DNA from: Myxococcales bacterium
Lineage (GTDB): Bacteria > Myxococcota_A > Polyangia > Polyangiales > DASUME01
DNA length: 64,000 nucleotides
NCBI GenBank assembly: GCA_047601445.1
Contig: JASGJH010000001.1
Location: forward strand, 2,592,001-2,656,000
Direction: 5' to 3'
Position 1 is the first letter of the stretch; the number at the start of each line of letters is the position of its first letter. Under the pieces are notes generated by a model. That model was not told the DNA's origin. It ran no database searches and worked only from the letters and a program-made list of their open reading frames with translations. Made by a program: the position numbers and the translations under genes. This document shows positions 51,337 through 64,000 of the stretch, one piece after another.

Positions 51337-52164
51337 ATGGCAAAAGTGATCGTCGTGACGTCCGGCAAGGGCGGAGTCGGAAAAACCACCACCAGCGCGA
51401 GCATCGCGGCCGGCATGGCCATGCAGGGGTTCAAGACCGTGGCGATCGACTTCGACGTCGGTCTGCGCAACCTCGACCTGATCATGGGTTGCGAGCGGCG
51501 CGTCGTGTACGACCTGGTCAACGTGGTGAAGGGCGAAGCGACCCTGCGTCAGGCCCTCATCCGCGACAAGCGCATCGAGAATCTGTTCGTGCTCCCGGCC
51601 TCGCAGACGCGCGACAAGGACGCGCTCGACTTCGAAGGCGTCGGCCGCGTGATCGACGAGCTCAAGGACCTCGGCTTCGACTACATCCTTTGCGACTCCC
51701 CGGCGGGCATCGAGAAGGGCGCCCAGATGGCCATGTACTACGCGGACGAGGCCATCGTGGTGACCAACCCCGAGGTGTCCAGCGTGCGCGACAGCGACCG
51801 CGTGCTCGGCCTGCTCGACGCCAAGACCCGCAAGGCGGAGCTCGGCGTGCCCATGAAGACGCACCTGCTCGTGACCCGCTACTCGGCCGAGCGCGCGCTC
51901 AAGGGCGAGATGCTCAAGGTCGACGACATCATCGAGCTGCTCGGCATCCCCTTCCTCGGCGTGATCCCCGAGAGCAAGGCCGTGCTGAACAACTCCAACC
52001 AGGGCACACCCGTGGTGATGGACCAGGAGTGCGACGCGGCCGTGGCTTACGCGGATGCCATCAAGCGCTTCCTCGGTGAGGAACAGCCCCACCGCTTCCT
52101 CACCGCTGAAAAGCGCGGCTTCTTCTCTCGCCTGTTCTCCCCCTCCAACGCCTACGCGGGGTGA
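51337..52164 (+). CDS. minD: Septum site-determining ATPase MinD
   Basis: TSGKGGVGKTT, DFDVGLRNLDL, ERRVVYD, DSPAGIE, PEVSSVRDSDR, C-terminal GFFSRLF amphipathic helix. Confidence 0.96.
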   Translation: MAKVIVVTSGKGGVGKTTTSASIAAGMAMQGFKTVAIDFDVGLRNLDLIMGCERRVVYDLVNVVKGEATLRQALIRDKRIENLFVLPASQTRDKDALDFEGVGRVIDELKDLGFDYILCDSPAGIEKGAQMAMYYADEAIVVTNPEVSSVRDSDRVLGLLDAKTRKAELGVPMKTHLLVTRYSAERALKGEMLKVDDIIELLGIPFLGVIPESKAVLNNSNQGTPVVMDQECDAAVAYADAIKRFLGEEQPHRFLTAEKRGFFSRLFSPSNAYAG

Positions 52165-52169
52165 GCGCC

Positions 52170-52475
52170 ATGAACAGCTGGCTCAAGTTCTTCAACAAAA
52201 AACCCGAGAATTCGGCCCAAACGGCCAAGGACCGTCTGCAGATCATCGTGGCGCGCGAGCGCACGGCCTGCGGCGGCGCGCCCGGTTACTTGCCCCAGCT
52301 CCAGCAGGAGCTCATGCAGGTCATCGCCAAGTACGAGCGTGTGGATCTCGACCGCGTGCAGGTGAACATCGACCGCAAGGGCGATACCGAGGTTCTCGAG
52401 CTGTGCATCATGCTGCCCGAGGGCCAGGAAGCTCCCGTCCAGGCGCCTCTGCGCGGGCGCCCGCTGTTCGCGTGA
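52170..52475 (+). CDS. minE: Topological specificity factor MinE
   Basis: SAQTAKDRLQIIVARER...LQQELMQVIAKY...VLEL. Confidence 0.92.
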   Translation: MNSWLKFFNKKPENSAQTAKDRLQIIVARERTACGGAPGYLPQLQQELMQVIAKYERVDLDRVQVNIDRKGDTEVLELCIMLPEGQEAPVQAPLRGRPLFA

Positions 52476-52587
52476 TCGCATAGAGATCGCGCGAGGGCCC
52501 ACAATGAGCAAAGGCGAGTCCGTGAGGGCTCGCCTTTCTAGTTTCTGCTTCTGGGTCGTACCTGTGCCGGGCACGCGTACGTTTTCG

Positions 52588-53304
52588 TTACTGATTGACC
52601 TTGCGAGCGTTCTTCGGCGGCTGCCACTCGAAGGTCTTGGCGTCGAGCTTGCGGTTGAACTTGGGCGACTTGAAGTCGATGCGGTTGCGGTTGCCGCTGG
52701 CGTCCAGGATCAGCACGCGATGCACGAGGCCCGCGCGGTCGGCCTGACCGTCCACGTAGAACAAGATGCGCTCGTAGTGAGGACTCTTCACCTTGGGCAT
52801 CAGCTCGAGCACGTAGCCCCCGGGGAAACCCTGCTGAGCCGAGTCGAGCAGACGGAACGTGAAGTCGTTCTCGAGCTTGCCTGTGCCGGTGAGGAAGGCG
52901 AGCGCTTGAGGTAGCTCCGATTCGCTGATCGGTCGCTCGAAGACCTGACCAGGCTCCTTGTCTTCCCCGGGCTCGTAGACGATCAAGCGCGACCCGTTGC
53001 TGACGATGACCTTGCCGTTCGGCGCCGCGTAGTTCCAGCGCATCCTGCCGGGCTTCTGGAAGGCCACGGTGCCCGAGGACTTGTCGTATTTGTCGTAGAG
53101 CCGGTGGAAGTAGGTCTGGTAGAAGCCCGCTTCGACCGACGTGGTCTGGTCGTAGAAGGCCTGGACCTGCGCAGCGACTTGTTGAGGTGTCACGCCTGCA
53201 ACGGAACTTTCCGCCGCGGCCAAACCTGAGACGAGGCTGACGACAACACACGCCAAGATCGAAAGAAAACGTACAGAACGGAACTTGGTCTCGGCAGGAT
53301 TCAC
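52588..53304 (-). CDS. lolA: Outer membrane lipoprotein carrier LolA family
   Basis: A.FYQ, SSG.VAFQKPGRMRWNY..P...IVSNG; signal peptide. Confidence 0.85.
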   Translation of the reverse strand: MNPAETKFRSVRFLSILACVVVSLVSGLAAAESSVAGVTPQQVAAQVQAFYDQTTSVEAGFYQTYFHRLYDKYDKSSGTVAFQKPGRMRWNYAAPNGKVIVSNGSRLIVYEPGEDKEPGQVFERPISESELPQALAFLTGTGKLENDFTFRLLDSAQQGFPGGYVLELMPKVKSPHYERILFYVDGQADRAGLVHRVLILDASGNRNRIDFKSPKFNRKLDAKTFEWQPPKNARKVNQ

Positions 53305-53617
53305 GATTTTTCCCCGCGCTCGTTGTGAAGGGCCGTACTCGTTGGTTGTGGCCCCTGCTACGAGACAGGTCAATCGGCCCCCCGATTCAAAGCGAAATCG
53401 CCGAGAAACTCGCTGTTTCCGCGCGCCAACGCGTCCAATACTCCAGAACCACGGGCGAATTTCCAAAGCCTTGATCTGCGCGCAAACGCTTGCCTAGGAT
53501 GGCCGACGTGGCGATTTGAGCACGGTGCGAGAACGCCTTTGTGACGAGGGAGACAGGCCCAAAGCCGGGGAACGCGAGACGTGACGCGCCTCGAGCTGTT
53601 AGCTGGGAGGGATCGAC

Positions 53618-53815
53618 ATGGCCAAACAAACGTTCGATTCGCGGATGACGCTCGCAAACCTCGAAGAGCAGCATCGAACGCTGAAACGACAGGTGGCTTA
53701 CCTGGAACGTCGTGCCTTTCTAACTCCCACCGAACAGCGCGAAGCCACGGACCTCAAGAAGAAGAAGCTCGCGACCAAAGATGCCATCGCCGCACTGCGC
53801 GCCGGCATGAACTAG
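53618..53815 (+). CDS. Small coiled-coil protein, DUF465/YdcH-like
   Basis: L..EH..L...V..LE...LKKKKLATKD.I; GGAGGG RBS. Confidence 0.75.
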   Translation: MAKQTFDSRMTLANLEEQHRTLKRQVAYLERRAFLTPTEQREATDLKKKKLATKDAIAALRAGMN

Positions 53816-53865
53816 TAGCGACGTAATCTCTCGAGCGGTCGTCGACGTCGGACGCCGCACCTTCC

Positions 53866-53900
53866 GGAACCCCGCCCGCCCATGAGCGCGCGGGGTTTCT
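53866..53900. terminator. Hairpin between convergent genes
   Basis: ggaaccccgc...gcggggtttc. Confidence 0.5.
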
Positions 53901-53939
53901 CCGCTTCTATGCCGGGCGTTCACGAGCCGCAGGAACGTC

Positions 53940-54314
53940 TCACGAGCCTGAAGAGGCCGGAGCTTCCTCGCCGCCGGCAGCGCCCAGGTCGCGCAGGGTG
54001 ACGGCCAGGTTGGTGCGCCAGTCGGGCGTCAGACCCACGCCAGCATCGCCGGCTTCCTCGCGACAGAGGGCCAGGTAGTGCTTGGCGCGCGCACGCTCGC
54101 CGGTGCGGAAAGCCGTCATGCCGGAGAGGTAATAGAAGCGCGACCGCAGCTCGCGATCCATCTCGGGAACGTTCGGCTCGAGGTCGGTCAACCACGTCTG
54201 TGCGTTCTCGTAGCGGGCCTCGCTGAAGGCCTGCTCGGCGTGCCTCAAGTCATCGCGCAAGGCCGCGCAGCCGAAGAACAAGACACCAACCAGGCCCAAC
54301 CAAACGATGCGCAT
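53940..54314 (-). CDS. Small TPR-like lipoprotein
   Basis: MRIVWLGLVGVLFFG-C lipobox; YYLSGMTAFR.G...A.HYL. Confidence 0.75.
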   Translation of the reverse strand: MRIVWLGLVGVLFFGCAALRDDLRHAEQAFSEARYENAQTWLTDLEPNVPEMDRELRSRFYYLSGMTAFRTGERARAKHYLALCREEAGDAGVGLTPDWRTNLAVTLRDLGAAGGEEAPASSGS

Positions 54315-54395
54315 CGTGCGGCGCACAATACCTGCACCGAGGTTACGGCGACAAGCGAGCGACTCACTCACGGACAAGGCCGCGCCCATGCAGGC

Positions 54396-54434
54396 AAAAA
54401 AAAGCGCTCGCGGGGACCGCCACCCAGCGAGCGC
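54396..54434 (-). terminator. Strong intrinsic terminator
   Basis: Minus strand gcgctcgc...gcgagcgc followed by 8 T. Confidence 0.85.
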
Positions 54435-54532
54435 CAAGCTTTGTATGGAAGCGCGAAGCGATCTGAAAAGCGAAGGGAGGAAAGGATAAGCAAGCCAAGG
54501 TGGGCCTTGGGGCCCTCACACCAACCAACCGA
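54396..54532 (-). ncRNA. Candidate sigma54-dependent small RNA (~135 nt)
   Basis: Lies between a sigma54 -24/-12 element and a strong terminator; internal hairpins and a CU-rich stretch; no credible ORF. Confidence 0.6.
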
Positions 54533-54542
54533 GGTGATACCT

Positions 54543-54559
54543 AGCAACGCTGATGCCAA
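54543..54559 (-). promoter_or_regulatory. Sigma54 promoter
   Basis: Minus strand TTGGCATCAGCGTTGCT matches TGGCAC-N5-TTGCW with exact GG-N10-GC spacing. Confidence 0.7.
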
Positions 54560-54607
54560 GCCTTCTGGCGCGCGTGGGTGATGCACTAAATCGCATGTGA
54601 TCGCAGG

Positions 54608-54650
54608 TGGTTACACGAGTTTCACAGCGGTTTCATATTGTGTTTCAACG
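54608..54650. promoter_or_regulatory. Tandem AT-rich repeats, candidate activator binding sites
   Basis: GTTACA/GTTTCA units at 11-12 bp intervals (minus strand TGAAAC x3, TGTAAC). Confidence 0.5.
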
Positions 54651-54828
54651 CACCAAAGCCGGCATCGGTTATGACATCTATGTCTGTCCCTAGAATAGGG
54701 TTCAGGCGACCGGCCAACATTCGAAACAGGTGGCCTACAAATTTTTGGTCGCCTTGCGACTTGCGGCACCCGATTGGGCCGATCTAGGCCCAGTCCCGGT
54801 TAGACCGGTGTGTCGGAGCTGTCACACC

Positions 54829-56166
54829 TCAGCCTGCGACGTCGAGCTCGATATCGATGGCGAAGTCGTCGTCGCTGGCAGAGGTCCCCGTGTTGTCGAG
54901 CCACATGCGCGTATCGAGAGCGCGCTCGTCGCCGAGCGAACCGAGATACGAAGCAAGCTCGGGCACGCTCTCCATGAGCCGCTCGACGTATTCGCGTGCG
55001 AGGAACAAGACGGTCGAGCGCTGCGCCGCGGTGACGGTGGCGGTGGCGGGGGCGCCGTTCAAGAGCGCCATTTCGCCGAACACGTCGCTCGAGCCGAGGG
55101 TCGCTAGCAGGACCTTCTCGTCGCCGGCTCGCTTCCAGACATCCACGCTGCCTTGCAGGATCACGTAGAGCCCCCTACCCGGCTCGCCCTCGCGGATCAG
55201 GTCGGTCTGTGCCGCGACCTCGTGGGCCACGAAACGTCGCACGAGATCGATGCGCTGCTCGCGACTCAGCGGGCGGAACAACCGCGACGTGTTGATCAGG
55301 TTGGTCACCAGGCGCTCGCGCGTGAACTTGGCGAGCGCGCGCGCGATGGCAGCCGCTCCGTCGGACAGCTGCCCGAGCGCCGCGACGTGCAGCTCCAGTA
55401 GGTCCGCGTCGCTCGTGGCCACCACGTGCGCGCTGCGGGGCGTGCGTGAAAGCAAGGCCATTTCCCCGAACAGAGCACCTTCGTGCAGCGAGGTGAGGTG
55501 GGTCTGTGAGCCGTCCTGTTCGTCGCGGGAGATATCGAAGTCGCCGCGCGCCGCCAGGAAGAAGCTCTGACCTTCTTCGCCCTGCGTGATCACGCGTTCG
55601 CCAGCGCCCTTGCGCACGAGCGTCATGGTCGCGAACACGGCGGTGAAGTCGTCGTTGCTGAGCTCGCTCAAGAGAGGAATGGGCGGCAGCGCGCCAGCGA
55701 ACCTGAGTGGCGGCGTCTCCTTGCCCAGCTGCTCCGCAGCTTGGAACAGCGCATCCCCCGTGAGCTGCAGGAACGCGAGGTCGCGGGCAGTCACGGACAG
55801 CTGCTCGTCGGCAGGCACAGGACGGGCGCCGCGGCCGATGCGCCCTTCGGCGCAGTAGAGCTCCGCCACGGCCGACACGAGCGGCGCCAGGCGCGGGTCG
55901 AGTGCGCTCAAGATCTTGATCGCGACCAGGGCACGCAGCGGGTGTCCCTCATTGGCAGCCTGGCGCGCGAAGGTCGTGTACACGACGGCCGCGGATTGGA
56001 CTTGTCCGAGCGCGAGCAAGCAGTCGGCCACGCGCAGGCGCGCGTCGAGGTGCGCAGGCTGCGCGGCCAGCGCGCAGAGATAGCCTGCGAGGGCCTGCGG
56101 GAACTGCCGTTGCGCGAACGCCTGGTCGGCGGCCGAACGAGCTTCGAACACGGTAGTGGGGATCAC
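54829..56166 (-). CDS. TPR + tandem cyclic-nucleotide-binding domain protein
   Basis: Two FGEMALL motifs (PRSAHVVA, PATATVTA); N-terminal TPR; GTG start inferred. Confidence 0.85.
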   Translation of the reverse strand: MIPTTVFEARSAADQAFAQRQFPQALAGYLCALAAQPAHLDARLRVADCLLALGQVQSAAVVYTTFARQAANEGHPLRALVAIKILSALDPRLAPLVSAVAELYCAEGRIGRGARPVPADEQLSVTARDLAFLQLTGDALFQAAEQLGKETPPLRFAGALPPIPLLSELSNDDFTAVFATMTLVRKGAGERVITQGEEGQSFFLAARGDFDISRDEQDGSQTHLTSLHEGALFGEMALLSRTPRSAHVVATSDADLLELHVAALGQLSDGAAAIARALAKFTRERLVTNLINTSRLFRPLSREQRIDLVRRFVAHEVAAQTDLIREGEPGRGLYVILQGSVDVWKRAGDEKVLLATLGSSDVFGEMALLNGAPATATVTAAQRSTVLFLAREYVERLMESVPELASYLGSLGDERALDTRMWLDNTGTSASDDDFAIDIELDVAG

Positions 56167-56267
56167 GCAGGCACTGTACCAGCGATGGTCTGGACCTCGG
56201 GGACCAAAAAAAAGCCGCCATCTGCCCTGGCGATTCCGTAATCGAGTACACTTGGTTCTCACGCCAG

Positions 56268-57599
56268 ATGAGCCTCGCGTGCACGACTTGTGGACACCCC
56301 ATCCCCGCCGGGCAATTTCGCTGCGGGAAATGCGGGGCCGTGCAGGAACGAGACCTGGAAGGGCCCGTCGAAAGCCCCGAGCGCGGGCCCTCGCGCCCAC
56401 GTTTGCGCACCCAGGCAGCCGATGGAGGTTCTCTGAACGTGGAGTCGAGCGCGAGCGACGACGAGCAGGCGCGCGACTTCGTGGTCCCGCGCGGTACCTT
56501 CGCGTCCGAGGTTCCGCCGCAGCCTAGCCAGGAGAGCCACGAGGCGGAGTCGAGCAGCCGGCGTGAAGAGGCAGAAGAGCGCCCGCTCGCGGCGCGTGGG
56601 CCGGAGGGGCGCCCCTCGGAAGCCCGTGCGGCAGAGGCGCGTTCGGTGGAGCTGCGCGCAGAGGCTCGCGAGGCACCGCACGCGGAGCACGCGCGCGAGT
56701 CGGCGACGTCGGAGGCACGCAGCTCGACCCGTGAAGCGCGCATCTCGGCCAACGAGTCGGGCCCCGTGAAGGTCAGCAAGTCCTCGCACTCGAGCCAGCG
56801 CCTGCGCGTGGCGCGCGCGCCGGAGCGCCCGCCCTATCTCGCTTCGGAGATCCTGCGGGAGGACATCGCGCCGCGCGAACCGGGCAGGAACATCCTCGCG
56901 GCGATCATCAGCGTGGCAGCCATCGCAGGCTTGATCGGTGTGCTGGTGGCGGGCTTGCATACGGTAGCAGCCATCGCGTTGGCGCTCCTGTTCATGGCCT
57001 TGTTCGGCGTGGGCCGCCTCAAGCTGGCTTACACCACCCGTGCGACGGCAGTCGCCGCGTTGTCGGGAGTCGCGCTGGTGGTCATTGCGTGGACACGCCA
57101 CGCGGGGGGCGGCAGCGCATCGGATCTACTGCTCGCGATCGGCACGCCGCTGTTGGCGGGTTCTCTCTACGTTCGCTCGTGGTACCGAGGTTCCATCGCG
57201 GCTCGGACACTGGTCGGGTTGTCGCTCGTGCCGAGCTGTCTGTGGGCGTTCTTGACGAGCCACCGCGAGCTGCTCTCGTTGGAGTTCATCTGGCAGTCGT
57301 GGCTGCCCGCTCTCACCTGGTACGTGTTCGTCATCCTGTGCCTGTTGGCGCTGCTCGCGTTCATGGGCGACGAGACCACGGGCGGCTGCACCGCCTGGGC
57401 GCTCGGACTCTGTGGCTGGTACGCGGGCTATGCGGGCGTGCGCTTCGCGCTGGAAGTCGATACGAGCGGCCCGCTGCGCACGCTCGGCTTGGCCGAACCC
57501 GCGCTCATCGCACCGCTTGCGGTGGCGCTGGCGCAGCTGGTCTCGCACGTGGTGGGTCGCCGAACACGGCGGCACACGCAGGTGCTGGCGAGCGGCTGA
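56268..57599 (+). CDS. Zinc-ribbon + multi-pass membrane protein
   Basis: CTTCG...CGKCG N-terminus, charged linker, multiple hydrophobic helices. Confidence 0.75.
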   Translation: MSLACTTCGHPIPAGQFRCGKCGAVQERDLEGPVESPERGPSRPRLRTQAADGGSLNVESSASDDEQARDFVVPRGTFASEVPPQPSQESHEAESSSRREEAEERPLAARGPEGRPSEARAAEARSVELRAEAREAPHAEHARESATSEARSSTREARISANESGPVKVSKSSHSSQRLRVARAPERPPYLASEILREDIAPREPGRNILAAIISVAAIAGLIGVLVAGLHTVAAIALALLFMALFGVGRLKLAYTTRATAVAALSGVALVVIAWTRHAGGGSASDLLLAIGTPLLAGSLYVRSWYRGSIAARTLVGLSLVPSCLWAFLTSHRELLSLEFIWQSWLPALTWYVFVILCLLALLAFMGDETTGGCTAWALGLCGWYAGYAGVRFALEVDTSGPLRTLGLAEPALIAPLAVALAQLVSHVVGRRTRRHTQVLASG

Positions 57600-57605
57600 A
57601 GAAGA

Positions 57606-58664
57606 TCAGGGAATCCGGCGCGGCCACGACGCCAGCAGCACCACCACGCAGGTGTGCCCTTTGGCATCTAGCGCCTGGCCGAGACCCGCGTCGGTAAAGC
57701 GACGATCGGTGACCGCGAGCCGGTGGGACGGGCTCTCGAACACCGCAGCGAGCGCGGCATCGGCCGATTCGGCACGCGCGATGGCTTCGCCCACGCCACG
57801 CGCTTCGATGTGTTCTTCGCGCAGGCGCGTCTCCGGATCCGCCCCTTGCAAGCGGTGACCGACCTGACCGAGCTCGCATACGCGCTGGGCGTGCCGTTGC
57901 GCGCTGCGCGAAAGCGCCGAGTTCGGCCGCAGCGTGCCGACCCCCGAGTTCGCCCGAAAGCCATCGAGGCGCGCGAAGAGTGCGTCGAGTGGGCGCGTGC
58001 GAGGCCCCTTGACCTGCTCCGCGACGCTCGCTGGCGCTGCCTGCGCGGGCAGCGCTGGTTCGGCGCCCAGGTTGAGCTCGGCCACAGGCCGTGGGCCACG
58101 GGGGCCGTCCGCCACGAGTTGTACACGCCGGGCCTCGAGCTCGGCAGGCAAGCGCACGCCCTGCTCGAGACGACTGATGCCGATGTCGATGCGCTGTACG
58201 CGACCGTCGGCGCTCTCGACCACCAGGTGGGGAGCGCGGAAGCCAGGCGCCAGGTGACCACGGATCACGTCACCGCTGCGCGCGAGCTCGCCCCCGCGCG
58301 CCGACACCAACACCAGACGACGCGTCTCCGAGCTCGCTTCGCCGCAGACCAGGGGTCCGTCCGCGCGCTCCGAGAGCGATGTGATCCAGGCGATGAGCGC
58401 AGCCTCGTCCTGGCCTTCGTGGGCGTGCACGGCCACTCCGTCGAAGCCCAACGAGCGTGCCTCCGGGAGCAGCTGGGACGGGTCGATGGCTCGTCCGCGC
58501 AGCAGCAGATTGGCGGCCACCTCCGCCAGCACGTCTTCGTGCTGGCACGGCAGCGTCAGGGCGCGTGCCTGGGGAGGTGCGCCAGCGAGCCAGGCGAGCG
58601 CCAGGAACAACCACCTGCCCCATGTGCGTGGGGCGCACGGGATCGCCCAGTTCGACTTCGGCAT
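57606..58664 (-). CDS. Secreted CAP (SCP) domain protein
   Basis: L...AQRHA...H...GEAIA.......ESPSHR......F..AGLG. Confidence 0.8.
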   Translation of the reverse strand: MPKSNWAIPCAPRTWGRWLFLALAWLAGAPPQARALTLPCQHEDVLAEVAANLLLRGRAIDPSQLLPEARSLGFDGVAVHAHEGQDEAALIAWITSLSERADGPLVCGEASSETRRLVLVSARGGELARSGDVIRGHLAPGFRAPHLVVESADGRVQRIDIGISRLEQGVRLPAELEARRVQLVADGPRGPRPVAELNLGAEPALPAQAAPASVAEQVKGPRTRPLDALFARLDGFRANSGVGTLRPNSALSRSAQRHAQRVCELGQVGHRLQGADPETRLREEHIEARGVGEAIARAESADAALAAVFESPSHRLAVTDRRFTDAGLGQALDAKGHTCVVVLLASWPRRIP

Positions 58665-58741
58665 GGGCTGGAGGCTAACTCGCAGGGTACCGACCCCGGA
58701 AATTTCGGGGTCCCTCGCGCAGCCACTGGCTCAGTGCCGGC

Positions 58742-62162
<3,421 letters not shown>

Positions 62163-62285
62163 TCGGCTTCCCTTCGAAAAGCGGACCGGGACGCGCAATC
62201 TAAGGCGTGCCCCCGGGCTCCGCAATCCCTAGACGGGCCACATTGAGACACGGCTCCGGCGCCAGGGTCGTTTTTCCATGCTGTC

Positions 62286-63854
62286 TCAAAACCACAACGG
62301 TTTCGCCACGATGAGCAACGCGCCCGCCAAGAAGGCGAGCACGACGGCCAAAACCAGCAAGATCACCCCCAAACGTGAGCCTTGGCTGGTCTCCGAGCTC
62401 ACTTCGCCAGTCTCCCCGATGCCGCGAGCCTGATCCAGGATAGCGCGCGCTTCCTCGGTTGCGGACAAGCCGCGCCGCATGAGCGAGATCGCGACCACAA
62501 TCGCCGCCAAAACCAATACCGCCGCGACTCCGAAACGCAGAAAAGCCCGCTTGCGCTCGAGCCGGGCGAGCAACACCGGACGCGCGCTGTGCGCGTCTGG
62601 CAAGGGCACCCGGAGGAGCTCGAGCGGGGCCATCAGGAACGCGGCCGCGCGCTGCGGTTCGGCCCCCGCGAACTCCGGCAAGACGCCCGACCAAGCCATG
62701 GTCTCCAGCTCCGGGATGAGGCTCGAGAGCCGCCTCAACGCCTGCTCTGGAGACTCGCCCTCGGCGCGCCGATAGAGCATGCGGCTACCCGCGCCCTCGC
62801 TCGAAAAGCGGTCGCTGCGCACCTGGATGCGGGTCAGCAGATCGACCCTGGCCCACTCGGACGGCAGCCTCGTCACGACCTCGGACTGGGCGAAGCTCCC
62901 GGAGGCCCGCCAGCGGCCGCCCGCGAAGGCGTCGACGATGGCCTGGCTGCGGCCAGGCGGCAGCGTGAACGACAGCTCGGGCGCCTGGAGCGGCTCCAAC
63001 AAGGGCGTGCGCACGGACACGCCCACCTCGCCGAGGGCCACGGGCAGCCGAATTTGGCGCTCCGCCACCAGCACGCCAGCGCGCCGCGCCTCGAGCGTGA
63101 GTTGGGCCTCGAGCCCATGGGGGATGACCTCCAGGGCGACGAAGCCGGCGGTCTCGACGCTCGGCGAACTCGGGCTGGGCACGCTCACCTGCGCGTTGAC
63201 GCGCGCGACGACGGCGCTCGCGGGCTCCCCTACCCAGACCAAGATCGTGCAACGCTCCTCGGGGGGACACGCCCCGCCGACGATACGCGGGAGGAAGGGT
63301 GTGGGCGGCGCGAGCGTGGCCTGGGTCGGCCGAGCGGGGCCGATGGCGAGCGTCTGCAAGGGCCCCGACATGCGCGGTTGCGCCACGAGCACCGGTGCAT
63401 CCCGCGCGATTTGCAGCGATCGCTGGCACTCCAGACGGGACCCGTTCTCGAGCTCGACGTTGGCCACCAGGCTCGCACGGCCCTCGAGGTTAGCCGGCAA
63501 GCGCAGCTCGCCTTCCATGCTGGAGGTGAGCGTCCGGGGCGTCAGTGTGGTCTGGGCCAGCACGCGCGAGTGCTCATCGAGCAAGCGCACCTCCACGGGC
63601 CGCAGGCCCAGGCCTGGTCCGCTCGGGTCGTCCACGTGTTCGAGCAACAACGCACGCACGGCGAGCGTCTCTCCAGGGCGCGCCACGGCCTCGGCAATCA
63701 GCTGTAGATCGTCGTCCAAACGATCCCTTTCACCTGACCACAGGGCGACCAGGGACGCGGCGGCGGCGAAGAGCGCGAGAACGCGCACCAGGCGCGCGAG
63801 AGGGCCATGGACTGGCGCTTCGGAATCAGCGTGCTTATCGTGCGCTGTCGACAA
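62286..63854 (-). CDS. Hypothetical membrane-anchored protein
   Basis: N-terminal TM helix, large soluble part, two C-terminal TM helices. Confidence 0.7.
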   Translation of the reverse strand: MSTAHDKHADSEAPVHGPLARLVRVLALFAAAASLVALWSGERDRLDDDLQLIAEAVARPGETLAVRALLLEHVDDPSGPGLGLRPVEVRLLDEHSRVLAQTTLTPRTLTSSMEGELRLPANLEGRASLVANVELENGSRLECQRSLQIARDAPVLVAQPRMSGPLQTLAIGPARPTQATLAPPTPFLPRIVGGACPPEERCTILVWVGEPASAVVARVNAQVSVPSPSSPSVETAGFVALEVIPHGLEAQLTLEARRAGVLVAERQIRLPVALGEVGVSVRTPLLEPLQAPELSFTLPPGRSQAIVDAFAGGRWRASGSFAQSEVVTRLPSEWARVDLLTRIQVRSDRFSSEGAGSRMLYRRAEGESPEQALRRLSSLIPELETMAWSGVLPEFAGAEPQRAAAFLMAPLELLRVPLPDAHSARPVLLARLERKRAFLRFGVAAVLVLAAIVVAISLMRRGLSATEEARAILDQARGIGETGEVSSETSQGSRLGVILLVLAVVLAFLAGALLIVAKPLWF

Positions 63855-63916
63855 GCTAGAAATCCTAGCCTAGTCTGCGACTGCTGTAGGCGATTCTGAG
63901 GGAAGGAGGGGCACTC

Positions 63917-64000
63917 ATGGGACAGGCTGCCGAGCTGAGCGAGCAGACCATCAACGATCTGCACGATGCCCTCGCGGCCTACATGCTCAAGAAGGGCCTG
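63917..64000 (+). CDS. 5' end of a gene running off the window, possibly a Fur-family regulator
   Basis: AAGGAGG RBS; MGQAAELSEQTINDLHDALAAYMLKKGL resembles the lead-in to the Fur xxGLRxT motif; only 28 codons visible. Confidence 0.45.
   Translation, partial: MGQAAELSEQTINDLHDALAAYMLKKGL

Noticed and set aside
54368..54586. 72-aa minus-strand ORF over the sRNA candidate
   Set aside because: Starts upstream of the sigma54 promoter, runs through the terminator, no RBS or coding-like bias

Overview
High-GC bacterial DNA, most likely a myxobacterium (Myxococcota), judged from Myxococcus-type Cys-rich repeats and many Asp-Ala-Gly-rich lipoproteins. Bases 1-20.5 kb form an accessory cluster of exported proteins: three lipoproteins sharing an unrecognised Cys-rich domain, two tandem 644-aa disulfide-rich PstS-fold proteins plus a decayed third copy, a ~1300-aa four-heme cytochrome c lipoprotein, a TPR/GT41 glycosyltransferase, and a lipoprotein + TonB-dependent receptor pair. 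At least five of its promoters share a pho-box-like architecture (11-bp-spaced repeats ending GT(C/A)AC-N10-TA). A phoB-phoR pair and a phoX-like gene lie further along, so I infer a phosphate-starvation envelope module. The rest is mostly housekeeping (prlC, typA, sulfurtransferase, serB, rhomboid, SNF2 helicase, minCDE, lolA, secA). Other highlights are a candidate sigma54-dependent small RNA (~54.40-54.53 kb), a complete minCDE locus, TetR operators, a REP-like repeat pair, and two single-A frameshifts (secA and a hybrid kinase) that are probably sequence errors. No rRNA, tRNA, CRISPR array or transposase was recognised. All calls come from motif reading by eye; no database searches were run.
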